Source: Vicinamibacteria bacterium (GTDB taxonomy: Bacteria; Acidobacteriota; Vicinamibacteria; Marinacidobacterales; Marinacidobacteraceae). Taken from it: DNA of 64,000 nucleotides. Where the stretch lies: the NCBI GenBank assembly GCA_963668695.2, contig CAXXLQ010000004.1:1888001-1952000 (forward strand), written 5' to 3'. Positions 29,051 through 39,812 of the stretch are shown in pieces. The notes beneath the pieces were generated by a model. It was not told the origin of the DNA, searched no databases, and saw only the letters and a list, made by a program, of their open reading frames with translations. How positions within the stretch are numbered: position 1 is the first letter of the stretch; the number at the start of each line of letters is the position of its first letter. The position numbers were made by a program, and so were the translations under genes.

Positions 29051-30724
29051 TCAGGACCCCTTCTCGTAGAGGACGCGGCCCCCCACGATCGTCATCTCCA
29101 CTTCGACGCCCAGCAGCGCTGCCGGCGCGACCGTGCGGGGATCGTCCGAAAGGACCACCACGTCGGCGAGCATCCCGGGCGCAAGTGTCCCCTTGATTCC
29201 CTCCTCGCGGGTCACGAAGGCTCCGTTCCTCGTGTAGCCGACGAGCGCCTCCTCCATGGAGATGGCTTCCTCCGCCCCGTAGACCTCTCCGGACATCCCT
29301 TTCCGGGTGGTCGCGGCGTAGAGCCCCACGAACGGCCCGATGGGCAGGATGTCGCTCGAGAGGACGACGAATACCCCGCGGTCCATCGCCGAGCGGACCG
29401 GGTTGTTCCGCTCCACCCGGTAGCCGTCCAGGTATTCGCGGTAGCGGCCCTCGAGCGTGTAGGTGAAGTTCGGCTGCTGGATGACGAGGATCCCGAGTTC
29501 AGCCATCCGGTCCATGGTCTCGTCGGACGGTGGCACCGTGAAATGGTTCAGGGCGTGGCGGTGGTCCGGCCGGGGCTCCTCGGCCAGCGCTTCGGCGAAG
29601 GCGTCCACCGTGAGTTCGATCGCTGCGTCCCCGATGGCGTGGAAGGCGAACTGCCAGCCCATCCGGTGCGCCTCGCCGACGATGGCCCGGAACTCCTCCT
29701 CGGGACGGACCAGACTCCCGCGATAGGACTCTTCCCCCCGGTAGGGGGCTTTGGTGTAGGCCGCCGGCCCCGTGAACCCGCCGTCCACGAAAACCTTGAG
29801 CGGTCCCACCCGGAGGCGTTCGTCGCCCTCGCCGCTCAGGCGTCCGAACGCCTCCATGGCGTCCGTCCCCGCCCAGCGGATCTGCACCGCGGCGCGGGGC
29901 AGTTCCTCCCCGAACTCGGCATACACGGACTCCCATTCACCGAATCCATCCGGCGAAACGCCCGCGTGGACGATGCTCGTGATCCCGAGCCGCAGGAGAT
30001 CCCGGAGGGCGATGACGAAACTCTCCCGCAGTTCTTCGCGCGTAGCGTCGGGGACCAGGCGCGAGACGAGATCCTGCCGTTCCCGGATGACCCCGTTCAG
30101 TTGCCCGTCCGGGCCGCGCTCGATCACCCCGCCGTCCGGTTGCGGCGTGTTCCGGTCCACCCCGGCGAGCGAGAGCGCGAGGCTCGAGGCCACCGCGCTG
30201 TGGCCGCCAGCCCGGGTGAGAATCACCGGGTTCTCGGGAGCGGCCGCGTCGAGATCGGCGCGGAGCGGTCGCCGCTCTTCCCGGACCTCGTCTTCGGACC
30301 ACCCATAGCCGGTGATCCATTCCCCCGGGCCGAGTTCTTCCGCCTTCGCGGTCACCAGATCCTGGAGCTCCTCGATGGACGCGATGCCGGCCAGGGGGAT
30401 GTGACGCCGCGCCCGGCCGCGGATGTGGATGTGGGCGTCGTTGAAGCCGGGCATCGCCGTCCGTCCGGCGAGGTCCACCTCCCGCTCCGCGGCGTAGCGA
30501 TCCCGCAACTCGTCGCCGCCTACCGCAACCACCTTGCCCTCCCGAATCACGAGCGCGGTCCCGGTGGTTCCGGCTTCATCGAGCGCCAGGACGACGCCGG
30601 AGTGCAGCAGCAGGTCTACCGGTTCCGGGGTGCTGCAGGCGGCGGCCAGAGCGAATCCGGCGGCGACGCAGGCTAGACCGGAACGCCAGAGGGCGGCCCG
30701 GCCGGCCGGCGCGACCCGACTCAT
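29051..30724 (-). CDS. Amidohydrolase_3 (YtcJ-like) protein
   Basis: PGFNDAHIH, KVFVDG, FHAIGD, GTLAPGMLADVVVL. Confidence 0.92.
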   Translation of the reverse strand: MSRVAPAGRAALWRSGLACVAAGFALAAACSTPEPVDLLLHSGVVLALDEAGTTGTALVIREGKVVAVGGDELRDRYAAEREVDLAGRTAMPGFNDAHIHIRGRARRHIPLAGIASIEELQDLVTAKAEELGPGEWITGYGWSEDEVREERRPLRADLDAAAPENPVILTRAGGHSAVASSLALSLAGVDRNTPQPDGGVIERGPDGQLNGVIRERQDLVSRLVPDATREELRESFVIALRDLLRLGITSIVHAGVSPDGFGEWESVYAEFGEELPRAAVQIRWAGTDAMEAFGRLSGEGDERLRVGPLKVFVDGGFTGPAAYTKAPYRGEESYRGSLVRPEEEFRAIVGEAHRMGWQFAFHAIGDAAIELTVDAFAEALAEEPRPDHRHALNHFTVPPSDETMDRMAELGILVIQQPNFTYTLEGRYREYLDGYRVERNNPVRSAMDRGVFVVLSSDILPIGPFVGLYAATTRKGMSGEVYGAEEAISMEEALVGYTRNGAFVTREEGIKGTLAPGMLADVVVLSDDPRTVAPAALLGVEVEMTIVGGRVLYEKGS

Positions 30725-31338
30725 CGCTGTATTTCGACCTCGGCGGCCTCGCCGAGCCCGAGGTAGATCCGGACCCGGACGAGTTCGCCGCCCCGCACCC
30801 GCAAAAACGCGGCTCCCGGGATGTGCCAGCGGGTTTCGTCGTCGCGGCGCGTGCCCGCGATCGTGAACTGCACGGCGATAAGCGGCCCTCCCCAGGGCCC
30901 TTCTGCTTCCGTCCACACCGTCTCGGATACCTCGCCGGCGGTCGCCACCTCGGGAAAGACGGAGTGGTCCTTCCATTCGCCGAAAAGCCGGTCCAGGAGG
31001 AGCCCGACCTTCTCCCGCCCCCAGTAGGTCGCGGTTCCGCGCTGGTAGTCGCCCGTAGGCCCCTGGATGTGGAGCGCGTCCTCGGCGTAGAGGGCGAGGA
31101 ACGCCGCCCGGCTCTCGTCGCTCCCGTCGAGATCGTCGAGCAGCCGGAACCACCTTTCCGCGATGTGCCGTCCTGTGACTTCCGCTTCGGCTTCCTGCGC
31201 GACTCCGGAACCGCTGGGGGCCGCCCACGCTGACCCGATGACGGCGAGCCCGATCGCCAGTACGAGGAACACGCGACGCCCGGGACTCACGGGTTCGGAG
31301 CATATCCCCGGAAGGATCATCCGCGTGCGAAAGCTCAC
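30721..31338 (-). CDS. Exported SnoaL/NTF2-like protein
   Basis: Signal-like segment; FLALYAEDA, GREKV, FLRVRGGELV; 4-bp overlaps on both sides. Confidence 0.65.
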   Translation of the reverse strand: MSFRTRMILPGICSEPVSPGRRVFLVLAIGLAVIGSAWAAPSGSGVAQEAEAEVTGRHIAERWFRLLDDLDGSDESRAAFLALYAEDALHIQGPTGDYQRGTATYWGREKVGLLLDRLFGEWKDHSVFPEVATAGEVSETVWTEAEGPWGGPLIAVQFTIAGTRRDDETRWHIPGAAFLRVRGGELVRVRIYLGLGEAAEVEIQR

Positions 31339-31365
31339 AGCACTAGCGGCGATGGTCTCACGTCC

Positions 31366-34302
31366 CTACCGCGCTGCCGCACAACGGGCGATGAAGTGTT
31401 CCTGCTCGTCGCTGAGCGGCGCGTTTTCGGCGCAGCGCGCGAGGGCCACGGCAGCTTCGTCGAAACGGTCGAGGGCGGTGAGCGCCTCGGCGCGGTACCA
31501 GTGCGCCCGCGCCTCATGGGCCCGATGCGGACGTCCGACGCCGAGATTCTCGGGATAGGTGAGCGCCCGGTCGAGGTGGGTGAGAGCCGTTGCCGCATCA
31601 CCCTCAGCCAGCGCCCTGCGGCCCAGTTCCACCTCGGCCCGCGAGAAGAGGCTCCATACCGTCGCGTCCCCCTCCCGGAAGTTGATTCGGGTGGCCTGCA
31701 GCATCGCGATGGTCTCATCGAAACGACCGGTGGCGTTGAGCGCCCGGGCCAGTTCGATCGTCACGTCGTGGCGCCGGCGAGCGTCGGCCGGAACCATCCC
31801 GAGCGCGTCCACGGCGTCTGCGGGCCGCCCCTCCGCGAGCAGCAACCGGGCAAGGTCGCGGTAGAGGGTCTGGTCGGCGGGCCGGGCCGCGATCGCCTGG
31901 CGCAGGCGGCTTTCAGCCTCCGCCGACCGGCCGGCGATCTTCCAGTGGACCATCGCGAGGGCCCGATGGGCGGTCGAGAGCTGGGGATCCAGTGCAGTCG
32001 CAGCCTCCCAGGTGGCGGTCGCCTCCTCGTAACGGCCGAGGCCCCCGAGCAGGTTGCCGAGGAGCAGGCGGGGGGCCGCCGACGCCGGGAGCATCTCGGC
32101 CGCCGACCGCAACACCGGTAGCGACTCGGGACGCGACGGGAACGCGTAGTCGAGCGGCGCCCCGAGCGCCTCATCCCGGTAGCGTGCGGCCCGCTCGCCG
32201 CGCGCCCACTCCGCCGCATGGAAGAGGAGCACCGGTCCGGGCTCGAACCCGCCGTCCGTTCGGAGTCCTTCGAGGACGTCGAGCGACACCTCGGACAGTC
32301 CGAGTTCCGCGAGCTTCACCAGCAGTTCGGTGAACGCGAACTCCGGCTCACCGGCGAGCGCCGTCATCGCCCGTGCAGCCTCGGCCCGTCCTTGGCCGTC
32401 CGCGGTATGGAGGCGGACCGCCCAGGGGATCAGCTCGACGGTCCCCCGTTCGATCATTCGATTGGCGAGCTCCGCGGCCCTCTCGGTGGCCCCCGCGCTG
32501 AGGAGGGCGAGCGGCAGCAGGTCGGGTCCGGCACGCCTGAGCGCCGCGATCGCCCTCCGGGCCTCGCCCTGCCGGACCTGCGCCCGGCCGATCAATCGCC
32601 AGGCCGGGGTGTCCACGCCGGCCAGCTTCGTGGCCAGGTAGGCCGAGTCGAGCGCGCCCTCATCGTCGCCCAGCCGATAGCGGGCGACCGCGTGGAGGAA
32701 ACGGGCGAACCCGTGCTCGGGATCAGCGGCCGCGACCCCCGCGAGCCGGTCGGATGCCTCCTCGTCCAACCCGGCCTTCAGATCCAGCACCGCGAGTCCC
32801 ATCGCGGCGTCCACATGACCCGGGGCGATCGCCAGGGCGCGCTCATAGAGCCGGCGCGCCACCGCCCGATTGAGATCCTTGTCGGCGCGCTCGGCGGCCT
32901 GAAACGCCTCCTCCGCGTTCGCCGGCTCAGTCGCCTCGGCGAGCGGCGGGGGCTCCTCGACAGGCACCTCGAGCGGAGACCGGTACGAAAGGACACGCCT
33001 CTCGCCAGCGGTCACCGCCACTTCGATCGATCCCTCCGGCGCGCCCGGCCATTCGACGGTTGCGACCGCTTCCGGGGTCAGGTCCAGCGTTTCGGAGTGT
33101 TCGGCCCCACTGCCGCTGAGCCGGACAGTCGCCCCGGGCAGCGCCCTGGTGGCGAGGAAGAGGAAACTGGTCCCGCCGTCATCCGCGATCCGTTCCGCGA
33201 CCAGCTCGGGAGTTGCATATTCGAAGCCTTCCCCGAGCCCGAAGATCGGCGTCCACTGCTCGCGCCAGAAGACCTCCTGGCTCGGGTACACCCAGGCGTA
33301 GTCGGACTGGGTGGGCAGCGGCCCGCTCTGGACCTCGATGTAGGGGCCGTCCTCGTCGGTCAGCGCCCGCTGGTTCATCATTCCGTCGTCGCCCTGTCCC
33401 CAGGTCCAGCCCTTCTTGCCGGGAAGCTCCCGGTGGTCGGCGGTTTGCACAATTCCTCGGTCGTCCCCGGAGTCGTAGGCCCCGAAGAAGTCGTGGACCG
33501 CGCGGTAGGCGAAGATGGAAGTCGGCTCGGGATAGTTGGGGAGGCGGGTCATGTCCACCCCGTTGTCCTCCGGGAAGCGGTAGAAGGTGGTACCGAAGTG
33601 ATCGGAGGCGAGCGACATCGGGTAGATGAAGCGCGTGCCGTCCCGCTGCGGGAAGGCGGTGTTGTTCCAGAAGTAGTAGGGGTAGGGGAGATCGGTCGGG
33701 TTGAAAATGCGGATCTCCTGGTCGAGCCGCGCCACCCCCGGCCTGAGCGTCAGGCGAACCTCCCAGCCGGTCCGGAAGGTCTGCTCCACCTCGCCGATCA
33801 CCAGGGTTGCCGAACCGTCCTCGTTCTGAACGCCGGTGACGTTGACGGGGGAGTAGCTGGTGACGGTGTGTCCCTGGGGTCCCCGGTTCCACTCGATCCC
33901 GCCCGAGACCCAGGCGCCGCGAAGCGCGATCAGGCCGGGGCGGATGACCCGGTTGTTGTAGAACATCTGCTCGTTCTCGCGCTTGTCGAGGACCCACTGG
34001 ATGCGTCCCCCGATCTCCGGGAGGCAGGCGACCTTGAGGTACTCGTTCTCGAGGAAGAAGGCGCGCCAGGTGTGGTCCGCCCGCTCCGAGCCGAGGTTGT
34101 CCTGCATCGTGTAGGGATAGACGATGGAATCGTCGGTCTCGCGGAACTGCGGGTTCGGGTCGTCGGGCAGGAGCGCGTAGCTCGGGAGCGTCAGTTCTCC
34201 TTCCCAGACACGAACCGCTTCCTGGGCCGCCGCGGGAACCGAAACGGCAAGCGAGAACAGGAGAACTGCGGTCCGCAGGGTCTTCGTCTTGCGGGGGAAC
34301 AT
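31366..34302 (-). CDS. DUF5107 domain plus TPR-repeat protein
   Basis: LENEYLKV..LPEIGGRI, GAWVSGGIEWN, PGKKGWTWG, GPYIEVQSG, YPENLGVG. Confidence 0.9.
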   Translation of the reverse strand: MFPRKTKTLRTAVLLFSLAVSVPAAAQEAVRVWEGELTLPSYALLPDDPNPQFRETDDSIVYPYTMQDNLGSERADHTWRAFFLENEYLKVACLPEIGGRIQWVLDKRENEQMFYNNRVIRPGLIALRGAWVSGGIEWNRGPQGHTVTSYSPVNVTGVQNEDGSATLVIGEVEQTFRTGWEVRLTLRPGVARLDQEIRIFNPTDLPYPYYFWNNTAFPQRDGTRFIYPMSLASDHFGTTFYRFPEDNGVDMTRLPNYPEPTSIFAYRAVHDFFGAYDSGDDRGIVQTADHRELPGKKGWTWGQGDDGMMNQRALTDEDGPYIEVQSGPLPTQSDYAWVYPSQEVFWREQWTPIFGLGEGFEYATPELVAERIADDGGTSFLFLATRALPGATVRLSGSGAEHSETLDLTPEAVATVEWPGAPEGSIEVAVTAGERRVLSYRSPLEVPVEEPPPLAEATEPANAEEAFQAAERADKDLNRAVARRLYERALAIAPGHVDAAMGLAVLDLKAGLDEEASDRLAGVAAADPEHGFARFLHAVARYRLGDDEGALDSAYLATKLAGVDTPAWRLIGRAQVRQGEARRAIAALRRAGPDLLPLALLSAGATERAAELANRMIERGTVELIPWAVRLHTADGQGRAEAARAMTALAGEPEFAFTELLVKLAELGLSEVSLDVLEGLRTDGGFEPGPVLLFHAAEWARGERAARYRDEALGAPLDYAFPSRPESLPVLRSAAEMLPASAAPRLLLGNLLGGLGRYEEATATWEAATALDPQLSTAHRALAMVHWKIAGRSAEAESRLRQAIAARPADQTLYRDLARLLLAEGRPADAVDALGMVPADARRRHDVTIELARALNATGRFDETIAMLQATRINFREGDATVWSLFSRAEVELGRRALAEGDAATALTHLDRALTYPENLGVGRPHRAHEARAHWYRAEALTALDRFDEAAVALARCAENAPLSDEQEHFIARCAAAR

Positions 34303-34542
34303 GGTGGTCACCTCACCTGGGTTGGGGGAGGCTACACGGCCTGGATCGACTCCCGGGCGAGGTTGCTCCGAAGGGACCGCCTGCCTCTGGCCGGCATCGT
34401 CCGCCGGAGGCTGGCGAAACGAGCGATGTTCCCGTTTCGGTGGCGCTACTGCGATGCTGCCAATCCCTCCCCAGGACCAGGAAGTACGGATTGGCGACGC
34501 GCCTGGCATCCCGGGCGGTAGGCTGAGGTGGCGATTGGACGC

Positions 34543-34941
34543 TCAGTTCAGCGTGTCGGCTAACCCCGAGGCGATGATGCGGTGGTCCTGGGTAAGGAGA
34601 GTGGCTCCGAGCACCCGTGCCGTCGCGACCAGAATCCTGTCCGCCGGGTCCCGATGAAAGGTGTCCGGCAGCGCCGCCAGTTCTGCTGCGATCGCCGGCG
34701 TGACACCCTGCCGCCGGACCAGGGGAGGAGCCACGGCTTTCTCCAGCCACTGCCGTAGAGGCATCGAGATGCGGATGCGTCCGAGGTCGTACAAGGTCGC
34801 CACTTCCCAGAGCGAGATGTCGGACACCAGGAGCGGTGCGTCGGCGCCGGCCGCCGTTACCACGTTCCGTTGCGCAGCGGATAGCCGACTCGGATCCGTC
34901 AGCCACCAGATGAGGACATGGGTATCGAGCAGCGCGTTCAC
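34543..34941 (-). CDS. PIN-domain VapC toxin
   Basis: LLDTHVLIWW, ISLWEV, HRDPADRILVATA. Confidence 0.93.
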   Translation of the reverse strand: MNALLDTHVLIWWLTDPSRLSAAQRNVVTAAGADAPLLVSDISLWEVATLYDLGRIRISMPLRQWLEKAVAPPLVRRQGVTPAIAAELAALPDTFHRDPADRILVATARVLGATLLTQDHRIIASGLADTLN

Positions 34942-35177
34942 CGTGCGAGGCTCTCCCAGTGATCCTCCGGAACGGCCGGCCCCAAGATGTCGCCGGTGAC
35001 GGTAACCGTTCCCTTCAACTCCGACTGGGGATATCCAGCGCGATCCCGGGTCACGGGGCCGAGTTCGGCCACCGGCTGGCCACGCTTCAGAATGACGAGG
35101 CGCTCACCGGTCGCGCACACATGGTCCAGAATCGCCAGGCAACGGGCCTTGAAGTCGGAAGCACGGATAGTTTCCAT
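34938..35177 (-). CDS. Phd/YefM antitoxin
   Basis: IRASDFKARCLAILD.V..TGE..VI.KRGQPVAEL. Confidence 0.92.
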   Translation of the reverse strand: METIRASDFKARCLAILDHVCATGERLVILKRGQPVAELGPVTRDRAGYPQSELKGTVTVTGDILGPAVPEDHWESLAR

Positions 35178-35178
35178 A

Positions 35179-35201
35179 TGACCAGTATTCACGACTGGTC
35201 A
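35179..35201. promoter_or_regulatory. Probable TA operator palindrome
   Basis: TGACCAGT-N7-ACTGGTCA immediately upstream of the antitoxin ATG. Confidence 0.7.
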
Positions 35202-35249
35202 CATATTGTCAAGGCATGAGCGTTCGCCACGGGAATGCGTTCGCTGGAC

Positions 35250-35327
35250 CGCGCTCCGCGCGGAGCGCGCGATGCGTGGTTTCGCCAACGTTCGGCTGGC
35301 GACTCCGGCCAGAGGCCGGCGTCCCCT
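35250..35327 (-). repeat. Family C repeat, empty allele
   Basis: Reverse complement GGGGACGCCGGCCTCTGGCCGGAGTCGCCAGCCGAACGTTGGCGAAACCACG. Confidence 0.65.
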
Positions 35328-35363
35328 GACCGGCACCCTCACGGGCAGTCGGCTATCCGCGCT

Positions 35364-36032
35364 CTACGGAACGAATCGGAGGGGACGGAAGACCTCTGGT
35401 ACGTGGAAGCTGGGGCTGCCGGTCGGGGACCAGGCGGCGAAGACGGCGCCTTCTTCCGGCGCTTCGGGGCCGCCGGGCCGCTTGATGCGGAAGATGTTGA
35501 AGGGGAATTCGGAACCTGGAGCCGGCGGACCGGGCAGGTCGAGCCCCTCCCAGGGGAAGAACAGCGTGCCGATCCAGGCCCCGTCCGCATCCGAAACCGC
35601 GGTCTGCATCCCGGTGACCGAGAACCCCCGGTCCATGCGCCCGATCGGGTCGGAAGCGACTTCCCCCGGCCCGAGCTTCCGCAGATCGCAGACCACGTTC
35701 GCCGGGTTCAGCTCCACCTCGACGTAGCGCCCGTCACTCAGCGGGTCGAGGAAGATTTCGACCACTTCCTCCTCCCAGAGCGGATCGTCGCGGTTCGTCA
35801 TGGTGAACCACGGCCCGTCGTCCTCGGACTCGAATCGAAGGTGGAGTCCCCTCTCGCTCCAGAGCGCCCGGAACCGGGTGCGGTAGGGCGCGGCCCCCCA
35901 GACCACTTCCCGGGCGTCCTCCCATGCCGCAGCACCCGGGGACAGCAGGGCGGCCGGATCGGCCGAGGTCCGTTGGGCTTCGTAGGCGGGGGAGGTCTGC
36001 AACATGAGGGCGGCGAGGATCAGCGAAGGCAT
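35364..36032 (-). CDS. CBM9-like/DOMON carbohydrate-binding protein
   Basis: RDDPLWEEEVVEIFLDP, YVEVELNP, AWSPTG..SFHVP. Confidence 0.85.
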   Translation of the reverse strand: MPSLILAALMLQTSPAYEAQRTSADPAALLSPGAAAWEDAREVVWGAAPYRTRFRALWSERGLHLRFESEDDGPWFTMTNRDDPLWEEEVVEIFLDPLSDGRYVEVELNPANVVCDLRKLGPGEVASDPIGRMDRGFSVTGMQTAVSDADGAWIGTLFFPWEGLDLPGPPAPGSEFPFNIFRIKRPGGPEAPEEGAVFAAWSPTGSPSFHVPEVFRPLRFVP

Positions 36033-36340
36033 CGGTCCGGGGAATCCTTACGCACTTCCTGCGGGTCCTCATGATGGAGCAAGCGCCCGTCCGGGGCCCA
36101 CGGCCTGCCCATCTTCTCCAGCGGACGTTTGCACCAGTCCATCTTGGCCGGAATCCTTGCGCCCGGTCGAGTTGGCGGCGAGGGACCACTTCCGACGGGC
36201 TCCGGCGCGGAGCGCCGCACGCGGTTTCCCGGGGAGGCCTCGGACCGGCGCTCCGCGGCTGTCCGTGCGCGGTGCGTATCATCCAAGAATCCGCCGGCCG
36301 CGCGACGACTGGCCGGCGCCTATCGACAGGAGGCGGATGG

Positions 36341-38050
36341 ATGCGCAGGAAACGACTCTTCCTGACCCTGGCGGCTGCGGGGCTGGGACTCGAGCTGTTG
36401 CTCGGTCCAGCGCTCCGCGGACCGGCCGAAGGCGCTGGTATGAGCGTCAACGGCATGGTGGTGACTTCTCACCCGCTCGCCGCACAGGCCGGGCTCCGGA
36501 TGCTGCAGGCGGGAGGCAACGCCTTCGACGCGGCGGTGGCGAGCGCGGCGGTGCTCGCCGTAGTGGAGCCGCTCATGTCCGGGCTGGGCGGCGTCGGCGG
36601 CTACGCGCTGATCTACGACGCCGAGAAAGCGGAAGTCCGGTCGGTGGATTTCATCGGCGCCGCGCCCGCCGCTGCGGACCCCGAAGCGTTCACGGCGGGA
36701 AGCCGCCTCTGGGATCGGAGCCACCCCGCCCGTGACAGCTTCATGGCGCCGCTCGTCCCCGGGAACCTCGCGGGTTGGGCGGCTCTGCTCGAGGAGTACG
36801 GCTCGATGTCCTGGGCGGAGGTGCTGGCGCCGGCGATCGAGTACGCCGAAGGGGGTTTCGCCGTCAGCCCGGCGGTCCATGGACCCTTCGGGACCAGCGG
36901 TTTCGGCGCCGATGTGGCCCGCTATCCCTATGGCGCGAGCATCTTCTTCAAGGGCGGGAAGCCCTGGCCGGTGGGCGAGGTGCTGAAGCAGCCCGACCTG
37001 GCGAAGACCTTCCAGGCCATCGCGGAGAGCGGACCCGAGGTCCTCTACGGCGGGGCGGTTGCGGAAACCGTGGTGGACTTCTTCCAAAGCAACGGCGGCA
37101 TCCTCACCGTGGAGGACTTTGCGAACTACCGGGCGCGCTGGAGCGAGCCGCTCTCGATCACCTACCGCGGCTACACGGTGTACAGCCAGCCTCCGGGCGG
37201 TTCGGGACTGACCGTGCTGCAGACGCTCAAAATCCTCGAGCAGTTCGACGTGGCGGCGCTCGAACACAACTCCGAGGAGTTCATCCACCTGGTCGCCGAG
37301 GCGATGAAGCTCGCCTTCGTGGACGAGGACACCTACAACACCGGGAAGGACTACGCCGACATCCCGCTCGACCGGCTGCTCTCGAAGGAGTACGCGGCGC
37401 AGCAGGCGGAACGGATCGATCTGTCGCGGGCGCAGTTCCACGCGGCCGTACGCCCCGCGAGCGACGCGCCCACCGCAGTGGAGCACACCACCCACCACAC
37501 CGTGGTGGACAAGGACCACAACGTGGTGACGATCACCCAGACACTGATGCTGCCTGCAGGCGTGGTGGTCCCGGAGACCGGCATCATCTTCAACAACGGC
37601 ATGTCCTACTTCAGCCTCGATCCGGAGAGCGTGAACCTCATCGAGGGCGGCCAGCGACCGCGCTTCGTCATGAGCCCCACGATCGTGACCCGCTACGACA
37701 AGCCCTATTTCGCCCTCGGGTCGGCGGGCGGCTGGACGATTCCCCAGACCATTCTGCAGGTGCTGGTACGGGCGCTCGATTACGAGATGGACGCTCCGGC
37801 GGCAGTGACCGCTCCGCGTTTCGTGGTGCGCTACCTCGCGAACTCGATTCCCTATATGGACGGAACGGACCTCGTACTCGAGAAGGACTTCTCTGACGAG
37901 GTGAGGGAAGCCCTGAATGCGAAAGGGCATCGCCTCCGGGAACCCCCGAGCCGCATCGGGATGCTGAACGCGATCAAGATCTATCCGGGTTCCGGAGTCC
38001 TTTCGGGGGGCCCGGACAAGCGCCGCGAGGGGCACGCGGCCGGCTGGTGA
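36341..38050 (+). CDS. Gamma-glutamyltransferase-family Ntn hydrolase
   Basis: GGNAFDAAVA, VVEP.MSGLGG, EHTTHHTVVD nucleophile, FNNGMSYF, DKRREG. Confidence 0.9.
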   Translation: MRRKRLFLTLAAAGLGLELLLGPALRGPAEGAGMSVNGMVVTSHPLAAQAGLRMLQAGGNAFDAAVASAAVLAVVEPLMSGLGGVGGYALIYDAEKAEVRSVDFIGAAPAAADPEAFTAGSRLWDRSHPARDSFMAPLVPGNLAGWAALLEEYGSMSWAEVLAPAIEYAEGGFAVSPAVHGPFGTSGFGADVARYPYGASIFFKGGKPWPVGEVLKQPDLAKTFQAIAESGPEVLYGGAVAETVVDFFQSNGGILTVEDFANYRARWSEPLSITYRGYTVYSQPPGGSGLTVLQTLKILEQFDVAALEHNSEEFIHLVAEAMKLAFVDEDTYNTGKDYADIPLDRLLSKEYAAQQAERIDLSRAQFHAAVRPASDAPTAVEHTTHHTVVDKDHNVVTITQTLMLPAGVVVPETGIIFNNGMSYFSLDPESVNLIEGGQRPRFVMSPTIVTRYDKPYFALGSAGGWTIPQTILQVLVRALDYEMDAPAAVTAPRFVVRYLANSIPYMDGTDLVLEKDFSDEVREALNAKGHRLREPPSRIGMLNAIKIYPGSGVLSGGPDKRREGHAAGW

Positions 38051-39750
38051 ACCTGCGTTTTCTCGTCGTCGCCGGTTTCCTCGGGTTCGCCGCCTGCGCT
38101 CCGGAGGTGCCCGAAACCCGCATCGAGGTCTCCTTCCCTGCCGAACTCCACGAAGGGCGGATCACCGGCCGCGCCTATGTGGTTATCGGCACCGAGCCCG
38201 ACATCGCAGCGATCCGGCAGCGGAGCCTGGGACACCAGCCGGTTTCGAACGCGGGCGGGGTTCCCTTCTTCGCTGTGGATGTGGAGGGACTTGAGCCGGG
38301 AGAACCCGCGGTCCTTGACGCCTCCACGCTCGGATACCCGGTAGAAAGCCTCGCCGAGCTCCCTGCCGGCGACTACTACCTCCAGGCGCTCCTCGCCGTC
38401 TATACCGAGTTTCGCCGCGCCGACGGCCACGTGATCCGGGCTCATCGGGACGAGTGGGAGGGGCAGCACTTCAACTGGGCCCCCGGCACCCTGCTCAGCG
38501 ATGCGCAGCGAGTGCGGCTCGACGCCGCGAGCGGATTTTCGGTCCGGCTGCGACTCGTCGAAGAGTTGCCGGCGGTGGTGGTCCCGCCCGATGACGAATG
38601 GGTGCGGCGGGTGAAGATCGAGAGCCCGCTGCTGAGTGAGTTCTGGGGCCAGCCGGTCTTTTTGGGCGCGACGGTGCTGCTCCCCGACGGCTACGACGCC
38701 CACCCGGAAACCTTCTACCCCACGGTGTACCAACAGGGCCACTTCAGCCTGGCGCCGGCCTTCGGTTTTGCGACCGAGCCGGTGGAGGAATCGTCTGCCG
38801 CGCGCGCCGCGCGGCAAGCGCGCGGGGTCGAAAACGGCTTCGAGTTCTTCGAGTCATGGCGCTCACCGGGCTTCCCGCGGATGATCGGCGTCACTTTCCA
38901 GCACCCGACCCCTTACTTCGACGACTCCTACGCGGTGAACTCGGCGAACAACGGGCCGTACCAGGACGCCCTCATGACCGAGCTGATCCCGCATCTCGAG
39001 GAGCAGTTCCGCATGATTCCCAAAGGGTGGGCGCGCCTGCTGACCGGAGGTTCGACCGGGGGATACGAGGCGCTCGCGCTGCAGGCCCACCGACCCACCG
39101 ATTTCGGCGGCGCCTGGGTCTTCTACCCGGACCCCATCGATTTCCGGCGGCTCTTCCTGGTCAACATCTACGAGGACGAAAACGCGTTCCACGCTCCCGG
39201 CTGGAGTGAAGGCCAGCTTGCTCCGGAGCGCACCGCGTTCCGGTCGGACGAGGGGCAACCCCTCCAGAGCATCCGCGAACTGAGCCTGCTGGCGGCGGTG
39301 CTCGGCAGCCGGGGCAGGTCCACCGACTACCTGGAAGCCTGGGAGGCGTCCTTCGGGCCGGTGGGCGAGGACGGCTATCCGCGGCCGCTCTGGAACAAAC
39401 GGACCGGCGCCATCGACCACGAGGTCGCACGTTACTGGCGGGAAAACGGGTACGACCTGCGTTACTACCTGGAGGCGAACTGGACGGAGATCGGCCCCGA
39501 CCTGGTGGGCAAGCTGCACTTCCTCTGCGGGGACATGGACAACTACTACTTCAACCACCCCGTAAACCTCATGGAGGAGTTTCTCGAGGCCACCGACAAC
39601 CCCGCCTACGGAGGTTCTTTCCGCTACGGCCGGCCGAACAAGGGACACGGTTGGACGCCGATCACGAACGCCGAACTCCTGCGGGAGATGGCGGCGCACG
39701 TCACGGAGAACGTGCCGGCCGGCGCCGACACCCGCAGGTGGAAGTACTGA
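38047..39750 (+). CDS. Alpha/beta-hydrolase (esterase-like) lipoprotein
   Basis: Lipobox FAAC; DDSYAVNSANNGPY, GGSTGG, PDPIDF, GDMDNYY. Confidence 0.82.
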   Translation: MNLRFLVVAGFLGFAACAPEVPETRIEVSFPAELHEGRITGRAYVVIGTEPDIAAIRQRSLGHQPVSNAGGVPFFAVDVEGLEPGEPAVLDASTLGYPVESLAELPAGDYYLQALLAVYTEFRRADGHVIRAHRDEWEGQHFNWAPGTLLSDAQRVRLDAASGFSVRLRLVEELPAVVVPPDDEWVRRVKIESPLLSEFWGQPVFLGATVLLPDGYDAHPETFYPTVYQQGHFSLAPAFGFATEPVEESSAARAARQARGVENGFEFFESWRSPGFPRMIGVTFQHPTPYFDDSYAVNSANNGPYQDALMTELIPHLEEQFRMIPKGWARLLTGGSTGGYEALALQAHRPTDFGGAWVFYPDPIDFRRLFLVNIYEDENAFHAPGWSEGQLAPERTAFRSDEGQPLQSIRELSLLAAVLGSRGRSTDYLEAWEASFGPVGEDGYPRPLWNKRTGAIDHEVARYWRENGYDLRYYLEANWTEIGPDLVGKLHFLCGDMDNYYFNHPVNLMEEFLEATDNPAYGGSFRYGRPNKGHGWTPITNAELLREMAAHVTENVPAGADTRRWKY

Positions 39751-39812
39751 TCGGCCCTGCCAGGTTGATTTGTTGCTAACGCCGCGGGCGGCGCCGGAAT
39801 CGGCTCGGAAAC